Shown: positions 13,845 through 31,144 of the stretch, one piece after another
Position numbering within the stretch: the first letter of the stretch is position 1
How the letters are laid out: each line of letters opens with the position of its first letter
Source: Eledone cirrhosa
Taxonomy: Eukaryota
DNA length: 64,000 nt
Assembly (NCBI GenBank): GCA_964016885.1
Contig: CAXHJY010001768.1
Coordinates: 127,881 to 191,880, forward strand
Reading direction: 5' to 3'
Notes under the pieces: model-generated
What the model saw: only the letters and a program-made list of their open reading frames with translations
Databases searched by the model: none
Told to the model about the DNA's origin: nothing
Made by a program: the position numbers and the translations under genes

Positions 13845-13909
13845 TATTTTATTATATATATTTCAAGGGCAACCAAGACAACATTGGTGCACTTTCATCA
13901 GATAAAATA
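13845..13909 (-). ncRNA. Type I hammerhead ribozyme motif
   Basis: Sense: TATTTTAT-CTGATGA-[AAGTGCACCAA..TTGGTTGCCCTT]-GAAA-TATATA-TA-ATAAAATA; perfect 8-bp stem I, hairpin stem II, palindromic stem III. Confidence 0.7.
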
Positions 13910-14235
13910 CAAAGTTTGTTTTATAAATAGAGACGTACCCATGAAAATCATACCTTATCGGTTGGAAATTCACTGGATAGTGGAAATATATTAGGGATTC
14001 ATCATCATTTTACGTCCGCTTTTCCCTGCTTGCAAGGGTGGGACTATTCAAATATATTAGGGCTTATTCAAACTTATGTGTGAATATGCAAATGAATATG
14101 TAAATAATTGAAAAACAACTGTTTATTTAAATAAATATATATATATATATAGAGAGAGAGAGGCTGCAGTGGTGAGACCACTAATCATGGGAGTACTCAA
14201 TGCATGGGGAGATGTAGAGTGGGTGTAGGGACTTA

Positions 14236-14371
<136 letters not shown>

Positions 14372-14395
14372 GAGAGAGAGAGAGAGAACTGCAGA

Positions 14396-14432
14396 CACTA
14401 ATGTTTCTGGGTGATTACCCTTCATCAGTACA
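14396..14432 (-). ncRNA. Degenerate minimal hammerhead motif
   Basis: CTGATGA-A-GGGT-AATC-ACCC-A-GAAA-CA-TT; stem I poor. Confidence 0.35.
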
Positions 14433-15050
14433 GTTCACTGTTCACCTGCCAACTGTCAGAGCTAGTGAAAATATATGATATTTTCTAAAATATACAGTGA
14501 CTGATCGGCCTGATTTGCATATTAGCAGATTGCCTGATCAGTCAGATTTGTATATTAGCAGACTCACTAATCAGCCAGATTTGCATATCAGCAGATAGGC
14601 CAATCAGTTTCATGTATACGAGCGATCAATGGCCAGCTTTACCATATTCAAATAACAAACAAATGGTTTATCGCTCTACATGGCTGAATACGACAAATGT
14701 AATCTGAGTTTTTCGAATATTAATAATAACTGCAGTTTTGTTTACATGCCAACGCAAGAGCAAAAATAACGGGGTCATTCTACTGACATGGCTATAATGA
14801 GGCTGTTTGCATAATTGCAAACGAATCGAATATTATTTAGTCACTTGTTTAGTCACATGCAGGAATATAGTGAACTTATTCTAAAATATGTATATTATAT
14901 CAGTTAGGAAAGAACTCAATACATTAAGAATGTAAACTCTATTTATTAGATTAATATGTGTTGTCGAAATACATTTACAGACACACACAAACATATACAT
15001 ATAAACATGTATATACACAAATATATACACTTGCAAACACACATAAACAT

Positions 15051-15524
15051 ATTAGTGGTTAGAGCATTGGACTTGCAATCGAAAGGTTGTGAGTTCAATT
15101 CTCAGACCAGGTGATGTGTTGTTTCCTTGAGCAAGACACATTATTTCACATTGCTCCAGTTTACTCAGCTGTTGAAATGAGATGATAGGGACTGGGGTGG
15201 ACTGGGGTCCCTATCATTCCACTGCAGAGTGGTCGTGGAGGTGCCACAGCAAAAAAGCACCCAGCCCACACTGTAAAGTGGATGTGTAGGCACCACGGCA
15301 AAAAAGCACCCAGCACTCACTGTAAATGAGGTTGGTGTTAGGAAGGGCATCCAGCTGTAGAAATCAAGCCAGAATCAGTGTCTGGTCGGCTGACCTTGTC
15401 TTGCTCATACTGGAGTATGAGCAAGACAAGGTCAGCCGACCAGACACTGCCCACAACAGAACAACCCATCTAACCCATGCTAGCGTGGAAGAACGGACGT
15501 AAAACGGTGATGATGATGATGATG
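15051..15524 (+). mobile_element. tRNA-derived SINE family 2 (CORE/Meta-like body, RTE-type tail)
   Basis: A-box TAGTGGTTAGAGC, B-box GAGTTCAATTC, CCTTGAGCAAGACAC core, tail ending in (GAT)n. Confidence 0.85.
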
Positions 15525-15538
15525 TCTATATATATAGA

Positions 15539-15740
15539 TATCATCATCATCGTTTCACGTCCGTTCTTCCACACTGGGTTAGACGGGTTGTTCTGTTGTG
15601 GGCAGTGTCCGGTCGGCTGACCTTGTCTTGCTCATACGGGAACTGATTCTGCTTGATTTCTACAGCTGGATGCCCTTCCTAACACCAACCTCATTTACAG
15701 TGAGTTGCTGCGGCGTCTACACGTCCACTTTACAGTGGAG
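15539..15740 (-). mobile_element. SINE family 2 tail, inverted relative to the previous copy
   Basis: Reverse complement of the 15320-15520 tail. Confidence 0.75.
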
Positions 15741-16418
15741 TGGGGGCATATTGTCTATATGCTTATATATAAATATATATATATACATAAATATATACAC
15801 TTGCAGGCACACAAACACATACACATACATATAAACATATATATACACAAATCTATAAACTTGCAGACAAACTCATACACATATATAAGGATATATATAT
15901 ACACAAATATATACACCTGCAGACACATAAGCACATAGACATATATATATATACACATATATATACACTTGCAGACACACATATACATATAAACATATAT
16001 ATATACACAAGTATATATACCCGCAGATACATATATATAAATATATATATACACAAATATATACAACCACAGATAAACATATATATAAACATATATATAC
16101 ACTCGCAGACACAATGGCACCTCTCATCCCCTGCTTCCCCCCACTTACATACAAAGTTGGGGTCACATTGACCCACAAACCATAACATAGCACCACATCT
16201 TGCTTCCCTTCCCAATCCCTGGGTCTGCATACCACTTCTACACTCACACACTGTGAATCCCCACCACTACCACCCCACCCACATAAACACCCCCTCACAC
16301 TAACACCTACAACAATAACAGTCACCCACCACCAGCAACACCGCCACCTCTCCATTCACAGAAAACTGCAGCCATCGAGCATCATTTCTTTAACAATTAT
16401 ACACACAACACCATGCAT

Positions 16419-16465
<47 letters not shown>

Positions 16466-16764
16466 CATATATACAAAAACACACACATATATATATACAC
16501 ATACATACATATACACACATTTACATATATTTACATATATACACACATATACACACATATATACATATAAATACACTCAAATACATATATATATACACAT
16601 ATATATATAAATATACAATATATATATAATATATATATATATATATGTAGGAGTTGTATTTAATTTGTTGAAATTTCGACAAACATAAATGTTAATCCAG
16701 CGAATCTTCGGACCGTGAAGGTGTGATCTCCATGGGTATGTCATTATTTATAAAACAAATTTTG

Positions 16765-16831
16765 TATTTTATCTGATGAAAGCGCACCAAGATTTGCTTG
16801 GTCGCCCTTGAAATATATATATAATAAAATA
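16765..16831 (+). ncRNA. Type I hammerhead ribozyme motif (same family as 13845-13909)
   Basis: TATTTTAT-CTGATGA-[AAGCGCACCAAG ATTTG CTTGGTCGCCCTT]-GAAA-TATATATA-TA-ATAAAATA. Confidence 0.7.
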
Positions 16832-17172
16832 AATATGGTTTTATAAATATAGTTTCCATTTATTATTATCTTGGTATATATATCCCGTCGAGGTTAACTT
16901 TGCCTTTCATCCTTACGGGGTCGATAAAATAAAGTACCAGTAATGCACTGGGATAATCGCTGGCCTTGTGCCAAAAGTAGAAACAATATATATATATATA
17001 TATACACACACACAGACATATATATATATCTATTATATGTATAATATACACACCATATAAGCACATGTAAAAATCTATACATAATGATTTTTTATTGAGA
17101 CACAATTCCAGTAATTTGTGGGGAGGGGGAAGCCAATTATATTAATCATAGTACATTACTGGTACTTTATAA

Positions 17173-17586
17173 TAGGGGTCACCAACCTTTTGGACCTCAT
17201 GGACCACTAAATTCATAATTTTAAATCCTGCAAACGACTAATATGAATTTTTTAAAAAAGATAAATGTTTGTAAAATAATTGTTTCTACTTTTGGCACAA
17301 GGCCAGCAATTACCTCAGTACATTACTGGTACTTTATTTTATCTACCCCGTAGGGAGGAAAGGCAAAGTTAACCGCGGTGGGATTTGAACTCAGAACATA
17401 AAGAATCATAAATCTATGCTGCAAATCACGATGTCTGACGCTCTACTGATATTGCCGATCCACTGCACTTTTACATTTGTAAAATAATGATCAGAGAACT
17501 TCTATTTTATTAATATGAAATGCACCTATTAAATATAACAAAATTATACCATCAGTGGTAGGTGAGCCACCAGTTGGTGACAACTG
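17173..17586. mobile_element. hAT-type MITE carrying a SINE insertion
   Basis: TIRs TAGGGGTCACCAAC / GTTGGTGACAACTG; 8-bp TSD CTTTATAA/CTTTATAT (7/8 match). Confidence 0.6.
17281..17475 (-). mobile_element. SINE family 1, near full length, with TSD
   Basis: 13-bp TSD TTTGTAAAATAAT at 17268-17280 and 17476-17488. Confidence 0.85.
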
Positions 17587-17792
17587 CTTTATATCATTGA
17601 CTTCAGAAGGATGGAGGTAAAGTTCACCTCTGACCTCAGAAGGATGGAGGGCAAAGTTGACCTCTAACCTCAGAAGGATGGAGGGCAAAGCCGACCTCCA
17701 CAGAATTTGAACTCAGAACATAAAGAAATGTAACTGAATACTGTAAAGCATTTAGTCCAACGCTCTAATAATACAAACATAATAGCTATGTA

Positions 17793-17838
<46 letters not shown>

Positions 17839-17969
17839 GGGGGGGGGGCATATGTAAAATTCCATGGCATTTTACACATTTCTATACCCGCTCTACATCT
17901 CCCCATGTATTGAGTACTCCCATGATTAGTAGTCTCCTCGGTCTCAGCACTGCAGATTATATATATGTA

Positions 17970-18286
17970 TATCATCATCATCATCATTTTACGTCCGCTT
18001 TTCTCTGCTTGCAAGGGTGGGAGGGGAACTGATTCTGGCTTGATTTCTACAGCTGGATGCCCTTCCTAACACCAACCTCATTTACAGTGAGTGCTGGGTG
18101 CTTTTTTGCCGTGGCACCTACACGTCCACTTTACAGTGGAATGATAGGGACCCCATCTCATTTCTACAGCTGAGTAAACTGGAGCAATGTGAAGTAAAGT
18201 GTCTTGCTCAAGGAAACAACACATCACCTGGTCTGAGAATTGAACCCACAACCTTTCGATTGCAAGATCAATGCTCTAACCACTAA

Positions 18287-18290
<4 letters not shown>
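17970..18290 (-). mobile_element. SINE family 2 copy
   Basis: Reverse complement of family 2 including tRNA-like head. Confidence 0.85.
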
Positions 18291-18321
<31 letters not shown>

Positions 18322-18331
18322 ATATATATAT

Positions 18332-18611
18332 ATCTTGCAATCGAAAGGTTGTGAGTTCAATTCTCAGACCGGGTGATGTGTTGTTTCCTTGAGCAAGACA
18401 CTTTATTTCACATTGCTCCAGTTTACTCAGCTGTAGAAATGAAATAGGGTCCATATTATTCCACTGCAAAGTAGTCGTGGAGGTGCCACAGCAAAAAAGC
18501 ACCCAGCACTCACTGTAAATGAGGTTGGTGTTAGGAAGGGCATCCAGCTGTAGAAATCAAGCCAGAATCAGTCCCCCCCCCCCCTTGCAAGCAGGGAAAA
18601 GCGGACGTAAA

Positions 18612-18642
<31 letters not shown>
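18332..18642 (+). mobile_element. SINE family 2 copy (head-to-head with the previous one)
   Basis: B-box, core and (GAT)n tail. Confidence 0.85.
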
Positions 18643-18872
18643 CACATACATAAGTACACACATATATCATCATCATTTATATACATAAATATTAAGGTCA
18701 ATACACAATAAAAATCTAATACATGTAAAGAAACTTCATCGTTTTAATACATACTTGTTTTGGTACCATCAGCCATAATTCACTGAATCATCTACACTAT
18801 ATACAAATATATATATATACATATATATGTAAACTCATGCAAGCGTGGAAGATGGACGTTAAACGATGATGA

Positions 18873-18931
<59 letters not shown>

Positions 18932-19444
18932 TACATATATGCACACACATTCATATATATTTATTTATGTTGTGTGGTTCACCAAGGGATAGAACTGGAT
19001 CATTCCGTTTAATAATGATGCAGTAGGAAAAGCACTCTACGTTATGTAATTCATTCCTCATTGATGTTGAATCCCATGGCTGGTGCAGAAACGGAGTTAA
19101 ATATTAATTTAATTAAACATCACAAAGCTGGACTGGAGATATTCCTTTAAAGTTTTATTCTTGCAAAAAACGCCATATATATTTCAATGGCCTGATAATA
19201 TATACATATACACATGTGTATATATATAATCATATATAATTATATATATACATATATATACATATACACGTGTACATATACACATACGTATATATATAAT
19301 TATCTATGTACATATATATACATATACACGTACGTATATATATAATTATATATATACATATATATACACATACGTATATATATAATTATATATATACATA
19401 TATATATACACATATACACATATACATATATATATACATATACA

Positions 19445-19900
19445 CCCGCGTCCCACCCCCCACCCACCCCATCCACACCGCCCCTTCAATGTAAAGTTAT
19501 GTTGGTGCCACAACATCCAGGCCGAAACAAATGAGATCGTGTAGGTGTCACGACAAAAAACACACAGTCCACGCTGTAATGTGGCCGTGTAGGCAACACG
19601 GTAAAAACCTGCCAGCCCCACACTGTAAATGTGGTTGGTGTTAGGAAGGGCATCCAGCCGTAGAAAACCTGCCAGACAGTCCACGCTGTAATGTGGCCGT
19701 GTAGGCAACACGGTAAAAACCTCCCAGCCCCACACTGTAAATGTGGTTGGTGTTAGGAAGGGCATCCAGCTGTAGAAAACCCGCCAGACAGTCCTATGCG
19801 AGCAAGACAATCACTCTTGCCTCAAGTGGGACTACCCCCGTCCAAACCCATGTAAGTGTGGAACACGGACGTTAAACGTTGATGATGATGATGATGATGA
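19445..19900 (+). mobile_element. RTE LINE 3' UTR fragment with internal tandem duplication
   Basis: Homologous to 25550-25890; module CACGCTGTAATGTGGCCGTGTAGG..GGAAGGGCATCCAGC occurs twice. Confidence 0.85.
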
Positions 19901-20164
19901 TATAATTATATATACATATATATATACACATACGTATATATATAATTATATATATACATATATATATACATATACACATACGTATATATATAATTATATA
20001 TATACATATATATATATACATATACACATATATATAATTATATATATACATATATATATATATACATATACATATATATACATATACACATGTACACATA
20101 CGTATATATATAATTATATATATACATATATATACATATAATTATACGTATATATACATATATA

Positions 20165-20775
20165 TCTTGTTGGTTGTCCATCATAAACGATAATGACATC
20201 TTCTTTATTTTAGTTCCCGTCTGCCGTGGGCATGAAGGTGGCTGTGGAGGCCGATCATTGCCGCAGGGCTTTGGGAGTGCACGCTAAAGAAGAAACCTGT
20301 GTGGGAAAGGTTTATAGTGGGAGGGCTAGTGCACAGTGACGGTCCCACTCACTCGGCCGCAGAAGCCAGAATCCGGTGGTACGGAAGACTGTGACGACCA
20401 GGGACTTCCTTGGCTGCAGTGGATGGCCACGACGTCTGTAGTGCCTTGCCATGCTCTAGCGCTCCACACCACTTTCATGACCATTGGGACAATGTTGTCC
20501 TCCTCCACTCACTTCACCAGGTCCAGTCTTCGCATGCAGGGGCAGGCATCCCCTATCTAACTCACCAGGGGGTTTCAGACCCATCCAGCTACCCTCAGCC
20601 TGGTTTGGCCCGCCAACCAAGGCAGTTTACCGCTGTCGCATGCTACAGCTTCTGGGGGCCACAGGTGAGAGCTGAGTGTCAGGTGGGACCCAATGCAGGA
20701 CGAGCTGCCTTGAAAAGGGCATGGCTACCCCCCCCCCCCCTACAGAGGTACATGCCCCTCCCTGACACCCCAGGA
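20165..20775 (-). mobile_element. Probable non-autonomous RTE-type element (5' UTR joined to 3' end)
   Basis: GC-rich island between (TA)n tracts; resemblance to RTE-clade UTRs is from recall, no coding motif. Confidence 0.4.
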
Positions 20776-20824
20776 ATATATACACGTATATATATACACA
20801 TACATATGTACATGTTTACACATT

Positions 20825-21013
20825 TTTGGATGGCCGTTGACACATCAGTTCTTCCACCCTTTGTCAGGTTTTGTTTTTTGTCCAGCAGGGTGTCCAAAAT
20901 CACCCTCCTCACCAAGTAAACTTAGTGGGGTTGTCAGTTTAGTCGCCGACGACCCGACCATGCAACGGGTTGTACTGGTTTACATGTTACCAGTAACACT
21001 CAAGAGTGACCTG
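20825..21013 (-). repeat. Dispersed repeat, RTE-like 5' region (copy at 48664-48855 on +)
   Basis: GGGTGTCCAAAATCACCCTCCTCACCAAG..GTTTAGTCGCCGACGACCCGACCATG shared by both loci. Confidence 0.7.
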
Positions 21014-21375
21014 TGTGTATGTATATATACATACAATTATATATATACACATAATTATATATATACACATATACATATAATTATATATATACACATAATT
21101 ATATATATACACATATACATATAATTATATATATACATATATACATATAATTATATATACATATAATTATATATATACATATATACATTTATATATATAC
21201 ATATATACATATAATTATATATATACATATATAATATACACATATACATATAATTATATATATATAATTATATATATACATATACACATATACATATACA
21301 TATATATACATATATACATATACACATATACATATAATTATATATATACATATATACATATACACATATATATAA

Positions 21376-21410
<35 letters not shown>

Positions 21411-22229
21411 TATCATCATTTTTGTGTCCATTTTTCCACACTTGCATGGGTTGGACAGGTTTTTTTCAGCACAATATCTCTCCATTCACCTATTGGGTAT
21501 GACTCTATCCAGTATTATCTGATTGACTATGCGAGTTACTAGTTCGACCCCTACTTCTCCTGAGGCTGTAATGCTCTGGTTTTTCTCTCATGAGAAACAC
21601 TTTGACAGGACCAAAAGTTCAACTAAAGATATGACAGCTGGTTATGGAGAGACTCTAGAGACTTCCAAAGTTTCTGGCATTTGTGATGGTTCTAGGAGTT
21701 GTGAGCAGTGAGAGAGATGTCACACCTCTTTACTTCTTCCCTTAGAGATAAGAGTCAATGCTACTGACTATAAGGATGTGTTAGGGAGGGATGTGAGACC
21801 TTGGATAGTGACTGTGAGTAAAAAAAGACCATACACCTCTCAACAAGACTCCATCTCATAGGTTAAGACGACCCAAGAATGAATGAGTTACAATCTCCAT
21901 AATCATGTCACCCCAAACATATAACCTCCTAGTTCTCCAGACCCGAATCCATTAGACTACTACATATGCTCCCATAACACTATCAAACCTCAAGAATCTG
22001 CCAAAACTAGCACAATATTCAAAATAGATAAAGATCATCTGATTCGGGTTTGCCAATGTTTCATTCCTCATCTTGATACAGACACCGATGTTAATGGCAG
22101 ATCCATTGAATAGATGCATCAAGAAAAGTCTCAAGGTTATTCATGCCATTTTTTTCTGACATAAAGCTCTTCTTTCAGGACATATGCATCTTTTACTAAA
22201 TTCGTGCAAATGTCCTTGAACCGAGCATC

Positions 22230-25891
<3,662 letters not shown>

Positions 25892-25905
25892 TATATATAT
25901 AATGA

Positions 25906-26229
25906 TGGAGGCACATGGCTTAGTGGTTAGAGCATTGGTCTTGCAATCGAAAGGTTGTGAGTTCAATTCTCAGACCGGGTGATGTGCAAGACACTTTATT
26001 TCACATTGCTCCAGTTTACTCAGCTGTAGAAATGAGATGATAGGGACTGGGGTCCCTATCATTCCACTGCAAAGTGGTCGTGGAGGTGCCACGGGAAAAA
26101 AAGCACCCACCACTCACTGTAAATGAGGTTGGTGTTAGGAAGGGCATCCAGCTGTAGAAATCAAGCCAGAATCAGTGTCCGTCCCACCCTTGCAAGCAGG
26201 GAAAGCGGACGTAAAATGATGATGATGAT

Positions 26230-26231
<2 letters not shown>
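25906..26231 (+). mobile_element. SINE family 2, near full length
   Basis: GGAGGCACATGGCTTAGTGGTTAGAGC head, B-box, core, (GAT)n tail. Confidence 0.88.
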
Positions 26232-26267
<36 letters not shown>

Positions 26268-26767
26268 TACAGGGTGCTTTATATATATATATATAAAGCA
26301 CCCAGCCCACTCTGTAAAGTGGTCATGTAGGTGTCACAACAAAAAGCACCAAGCACACATGGTAAATGTGGTTGGCGTTAGAAACTAAGCCAGAAACAGT
26401 TCTGTGTGAGCATAACACAGTCACCTGACCCAACTTGCCTCAAACGGGATAACCTGTCTAACCCGTGCTAGTGTGGAAAAATGGATATTAAACGATGATG
26501 ATATAAACAATGAGATATTCATTGTTGGTATATCATTCATCACAAGTTTGTTTGATCAGGTTGATTTGAAGTAAACATCAACATCAACAGCAATAGGGAA
26601 CGTTTATGTGGTTGTTTGAGCTGCTGAAAACAAAGGAAACCTCTCTGAAATCATGCCCTGTCATCTTGAAAAGTTAAGAAATATATTAGATTATATAGTT
26701 TTATATATGTAAAGAGAATGAGAATTTACAGCTCATATAAAACGTAAGTAGATTTAGCTGGCACATA

Positions 26768-27018
26768 AGGTGATGGTGGTGATAGTGGTGATGGTGATGA
26801 TGGTGATGATGGTAGTGGTGGTGATGATGTTGATGGTAGTGGTGGTGATGATGTTGATGATGTTGGTGGTGATGGTTGTGGTGATGGCGGTGGTGATGGT
26901 GTTGATGAAGGCATTGGTGGTGGTGGTGGTGGTGGTGGTGATGATGTTGATGGTGGTGATGGTGATGGTAGTAATGATGATGATGATGATGATGATGGTG
27001 ATGGTGATGGTGATGATC
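26768..27018. repeat. (GAT/GGT)n trinucleotide microsatellite
   Basis: Direct reading. Confidence 0.95.
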
Positions 27019-28407
27019 CTGATCCAACCATGATAATTCTGACTTTATTTCAGGCAGTTCTATTCACAACTAGGTTTTCCGATATCTTTTGGGGGTTTTA
27101 AGATGGAAGAATAAGTATGTAGAGGATGATATTGCTGCTATTTCTAGTAAATTAAGAGACCACGTAGAGGCTCTTTTGTTGGCTTGTGGTGAGGTTAGTG
27201 AAATGATGGTGGTGGTGGAAAAGGGTATATAAATGTATATGTGACTAGTGGTGGTAGTGGTGGGGTGGATGGATGTAAGAAGAAGGGGTTGAGGTGGTGA
27301 AGGGCTAGATATACAGTATATGTGGTGGTGAAGGGGGTAGATATAGAATTAAGTGTATGTGGTGGTGGTGGTGAAGGGGGTAGATATAGAATTGTGTGTA
27401 TGTGATGGTGGTGGAAATGGGGGTAGATATAGAATTGTGTGTATGTGATGGTGGTGGTGGTGGTAATGGGGGTAGATATAGAATTGTGTGTATGTGGTGG
27501 TGGGGTGTATGTGTATGTGTGTGGTGGGAGTGTTAATGAAGTAGTGGTGAAAGGGAAGGATACATATATACTTGTGTGTGTGTGAGAGCATGCATATAAG
27601 CATGCCTGTGTGTATGTGTAAGTGTGTGCGTGTGTGCATGCATGCGTGCCAGCTTGTGTGTATGTGTGTGTGCATCTGTGTGATGGTATAGGGGGTTAGA
27701 TATGTGTGTATATGTGGTAGTGGTGGTGGCGGTGGTGGTGGTGCAATAATAATGGGGCTAGATATAAGTGTGTATATGTATGTGGTGTGACAGTGTGGTG
27801 GTGGTGGTGTTGAAGGGAAGATGTGTGTGTGGTGGTGGGGAAGAAGGATATGCCAGCTAAGCATTCTTCCCTATCTACTGAGGCTGACTGCTAAAGCAAC
27901 ACAAACATAGAATTTGTCTGAGAGATAACAGTAGTGACAGGGGAGGGAAAGATGTGTATGTGTGTGTATCTGTGTGTGTGGGAGACAGAGAGACAGTATT
28001 TGTATATGTATGTGTGCATGCATGTGTGTGCATGAGTATGAGTGCATTTGTGCATGTGTGCATTTGTGTGCACACTCACATATTCAGAGAGAAAGTGAGT
28101 TTCTAAATGTTACTTAAGGTAGTAAGAACACAAAAGAGTGTGGTAGAAAGATGATGGAATTATAGTTAAATAGGTAGATAGACAGGTAGATAGAGAGATA
28201 GAGCAGTAGATAGACAGGTAAATAGAAAGGTAGATAGAGCAGTTGGTATATAGGTAAATAGAGAGGTAGATAAAGCAGCTGGTATATAGGTAAATAGAAA
28301 TGTAGATAGAGCTGCAGATAGAAGGTAAATAGAAAGGTAGAGAGATAAAAAGGCAAATAGAACGGTAGGTAGAAAGATAGATAGAACGGTAGGTAGAAAG
28401 ATAGATA

Positions 28408-29499
28408 AATTTTTTTATTAGCCACAAGGGCACAAAAGAAGGGGACAAATACAAATGGGGAGTTTACATACAGGTATATGAAAATAAAACTATTAATACA
28501 ATAACAAATAACAATTGAAATCCCCAATAGGGGGGAGGTGTTACACAGGGGTTGTACACACCCCGTAAAAATGTACAACTCTCATCTCCAGGAGCACCAA
28601 GAGTGAGTACTCCCTTCCTCAATTCCTCTTTTTCCTCAACCTACAGGCTTATATAGAGAGAAGGCCCAACCACTCAGGCCATCTTTGCCACACTCACCCA
28701 CCTTTTATAAAATTTGCTGCTGTACAGCACCTCTCTCTCCATCCTGATTCTTCTTCCAAAGTGGTATTTGAAAAAAAGAATCAGTTGTTGGCCGGAGAGA
28801 AAGGTGTCTGACATCAACCCTTTTAACCTCGTCCACCATATAACTTCTTTCACCATAGCCATAACACATAGGAAAACCGCCTCTCCCTCGTTTTTGAAGG
28901 AGGGTGGCAGTTTGATCATGACAATGGACTCGGTGGTCAACTGGATTGGTCCCACGTGCGACAATAGTCGTTCTACATAGCCCCACAGGTCGGTAGAGCT
29001 CCTCGGTAGCACTGCCAGGCCAGGGACTTTTGGAAGTTGTCCATTAGTCCTGGGCGGAAGGTCCTATAAAAACAGACTGGCCAGTTCGTCCTCCTCTACG
29101 CCTAGAGTTTCTCCGAGCGTGTCGTCGCTCTTGCTGCGGACCAACCCTCTATAGAATGTCGAAGTGGAGTCTCCACTGATCACCGGGTCCGTTTGCCAGA
29201 GGACTGTGAGCGCCTGAGCACATTCAATGTGCCAGTCGCCCATTTTCCTCGGTCTTTGCTTGACCCAGGACTGCAGCTCGGTCAGCGAGACGAATCGTGG
29301 GAAGGCTCGCCTCACGAACGGGGCCCACACCGGTTGTCTGGTGAGGAATACGTGGAGGTGCCGCAGCCTGAGCGTGTGTTTGCGCATCGTCAGCCACGGC
29401 ATCCCCAGCCCTCCGTTTGAAGGGTGTTGGCAGCAGATGGATCTTCTCACCAAAGGAGCCCGTTTCTTCCAAAGGAATTGGAAGAGCGCGCGCTCCACC
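28408..29499 (-). mobile_element. Tx1/L1-clade LINE 3' fragment, copy A (5'-truncated, internal deletion)
   Basis: ERALFQFLWK...GGLGMP typical of L1/Tx1 ORF2 downstream of RT; AATAAA at 3' end; 13-bp TSD AGAAAGATAGATA (28395-28407, 29500-29512). Confidence 0.88.
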
Positions 29500-31144
29500 A
29501 GAAAGATAGATAGAACGGTAGATAGTAAGATAGAGAGAATGGTAGGTAGTAAGATAGAGAGAATGGTAGGTAGTAAGATAGAGAGAATGGTAGGTAGTAA
29601 GATAGATAGAACGGTAGGTAGTAAGATAGAGAGAACGGTAGGTAGTAAGATAGAGAGAATGGTAGATAGTAATATAGAGAGAATGGTAGGTAGTAAGATA
29701 GAGAGAATGGTAGGTAGTAAGATAGAGAGAATGGTAGGTAGTAAGATAGATAGAACGGTAGGTAGTAAGATAGAGAGAATGGTAGGTAGTAAGATAGAGA
29801 GAATGGTAGGTAGTAAGATAGATAGAACGGTAGGTAGTAAGATAGAGAGAATGGTAGGTAGTAAGATAGAGAGAATGGTAGGTAGTAAGATAGATAGAAC
29901 GGTAGGTAGTAAGATAGAGAGAATGGTAGGTAGTAAGATAGAGAGAATGGTAGGTAGTAAGATAGAGAGAATGGTAGGTAGTAAGATAGAGAGAATGGTA
30001 GGTAGTAAGATAGAGAGAATGGTAGGTAGTAAGATAGAGAGAATGGTAGGTAGTAAGATAGAGAGAATGGTAGGTAGTAAGATAGAGAGAATGGTAGATA
30101 GTAAGATAGAGAGAATGGTAGGTAGTAAGATAGAGAGAATGGTAGGTAGTAAGATAGAGAGAATGGTAGGTAGTAAGATAGAGAGAATGGTAGGTAGTAA
30201 GATAGAGAGAATGGTAGGTAGTAAGATAGAGAGAATGGTAGGTAGTAAGATAGATAGAACGGTAGGTAGAGAGATAGAGAGAATGGTAGGTAGTAAGATA
30301 GAGAGAACGGTAGGTAGTAAGATAGAGAGAACGGTAGGTAGTAAGATAGAGAGAATGGTAGGTAGTAAGATAGAGAGAATGGTAGGTAGTAAGATAGAGA
30401 GAATGGTAGGTAGTAAGATAGAGAGAATGGTAGGTAGTAAGATAGAGAGAATGGTAGGTAGTAAGATAGAGAGAATGGTAGGTAGTAAGATAGAGAGAAT
30501 GGTAGGTAGTAAGATAGAGAGAACGGTAGGTAGTAAGATAGAGAGAATGGTAGGTAGTAAGATAGAGAGAATGGTAGGTAGTAAGATAGAGAGAATGGTA
30601 GGTAGTAAGATAGAGAGAATGGTAGGTAGTAAGATAGAGAGAATGGTAGGTAGTAAGATAGATAGAACGGTAGGTAGTAAGATAGAGAGAATGGTAGGTA
30701 GTAAGATAGATAGAACGGTAGGTAGTAAGATAGAGAGAATGGTAGGTAGTAAGATAGATAGAACGGTAGGTAGTAAGATAGAGAGAATGGTAGGTAGTAA
30801 GATAGAGAGAATGGTAGGTAGTAAGATAGAGAGAATGGTAGGTAGTAAGATAGAGAGAATGGTAGGTAGTAAGATAGAGAGAATGGTAGGTAGTAAGATA
30901 GAGAGAATGGTAGGTAGTAAGATAGAGAGAATGGTAGGTAGTAAGATAGAGAGAACGGTAGGTAGTAAGATAGAGAGAATGGTAGGTAGTAAGATAGAGA
31001 GAACGGTAGGTAGTAAGATAGAGAGAATGGTAGGTAGTAAGATAGATAGAATGGTAGGTAGTAAGATAGAGAGAACGGTAGGTAGTAAGATAGAGAGAAT
31101 GGTAGGTAGTAAGATAGAGAGAATGGTAGGTAGTAAGATAGATA

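Noticed and set aside
22137-22230. Candidate - strand terminal exon DARFKDICTNLVKDAYVLKEELYVRKKWHE*
   Set aside because: The acceptor comes from a (CA)n tract without a polypyrimidine run; a 30-aa open stretch is expected by chance.
25906-25985. tRNA-like sequence with A and B boxes
   Set aside because: It is the head of a SINE continuing into core and tail, not a tRNA gene.
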